A stretch of DNA of 32,000 bases. Origin: an uncultured Opitutales bacterium. Its GTDB lineage: Bacteria > Verrucomicrobiota > Verrucomicrobiia > Opitutales > Intestinicryptomonadaceae. The translations under genes and the position numbers were made by a program. Each line of letters starts with the position of its first letter. Position 1 is the first letter of the stretch. A model generated the notes under the pieces. The model made no database searches and was not told where the DNA came from. It was given only the letters and a program-made list of their open reading frames with translations. Location: contig CAKUIA010000020.1 in the NCBI GenBank assembly GCA_934660865.1, forward strand, positions 14,619 to 46,618, written 5' to 3'. This document shows, piece after piece, positions 31,979 through 32,000 of this stretch.

Positions 31979-32000
31979 ACCCGCAAGGCTTTTGCGTTAA

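Noticed and set aside
1-32000. tRNA, rRNA, transposase/integrase or prophage content
   Set aside because: I found no cloverleaf-like T-arm signatures, rRNA-like conserved blocks, DDE or tyrosine-recombinase motifs, or phage structural genes on either strand.

Overview
The window looks like a chromosomal segment from a PVC-type bacterium (Lentisphaerota, Verrucomicrobiota or Kiritimatiellota-like). This is an inference from four things: PEP-CTERM sorting tails, PATR-like beta-helix surface proteins, a giant protein with a GspK-like pseudopilin N-terminus, and a 686-aa long-form GreA. Housekeeping genes are present: an ispH 5' fragment, folA, rsmB and long greA. They are interleaved with accessory surface and regulatory genes. 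These include three paralogous 940-1040 aa PEP-CTERM proteins (505-3624 minus, 19542-22376 plus, 25526-28342 plus) and an orphan 1893-aa pseudopilin-anchored giant protein. There are also two class II Fic (AMPylase-type) genes, one followed by an AraC-family regulator. The rest are an O-antigen-ligase-like membrane protein translationally coupled to a helical-repeat protein, a lipoprotein HtrA-like protease, a secreted hydrolase-like protein, and a small protein with a histone-like tail and a CBM20-like domain. I recognised no rRNA, tRNA, CRISPR array, transposase or integrase. The most interesting signal is regulatory. The only three long homopolymers in the 32 kb (A15, A14, A13) each lie 60-105 bp upstream of one PEP-CTERM paralog. 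Two of them are fused to a conserved TTGACA promoter module, and those two paralogs share near-identical 3' ends. This suggests a phase-variable, recombining surface-protein family. Other points worth a second look are palindrome arrays abutting both fic start codons and a roughly 600-bp strand-asymmetric A+C-rich non-coding block bounded by hairpins. All domain calls come from motif recognition by eye; no database search was possible.
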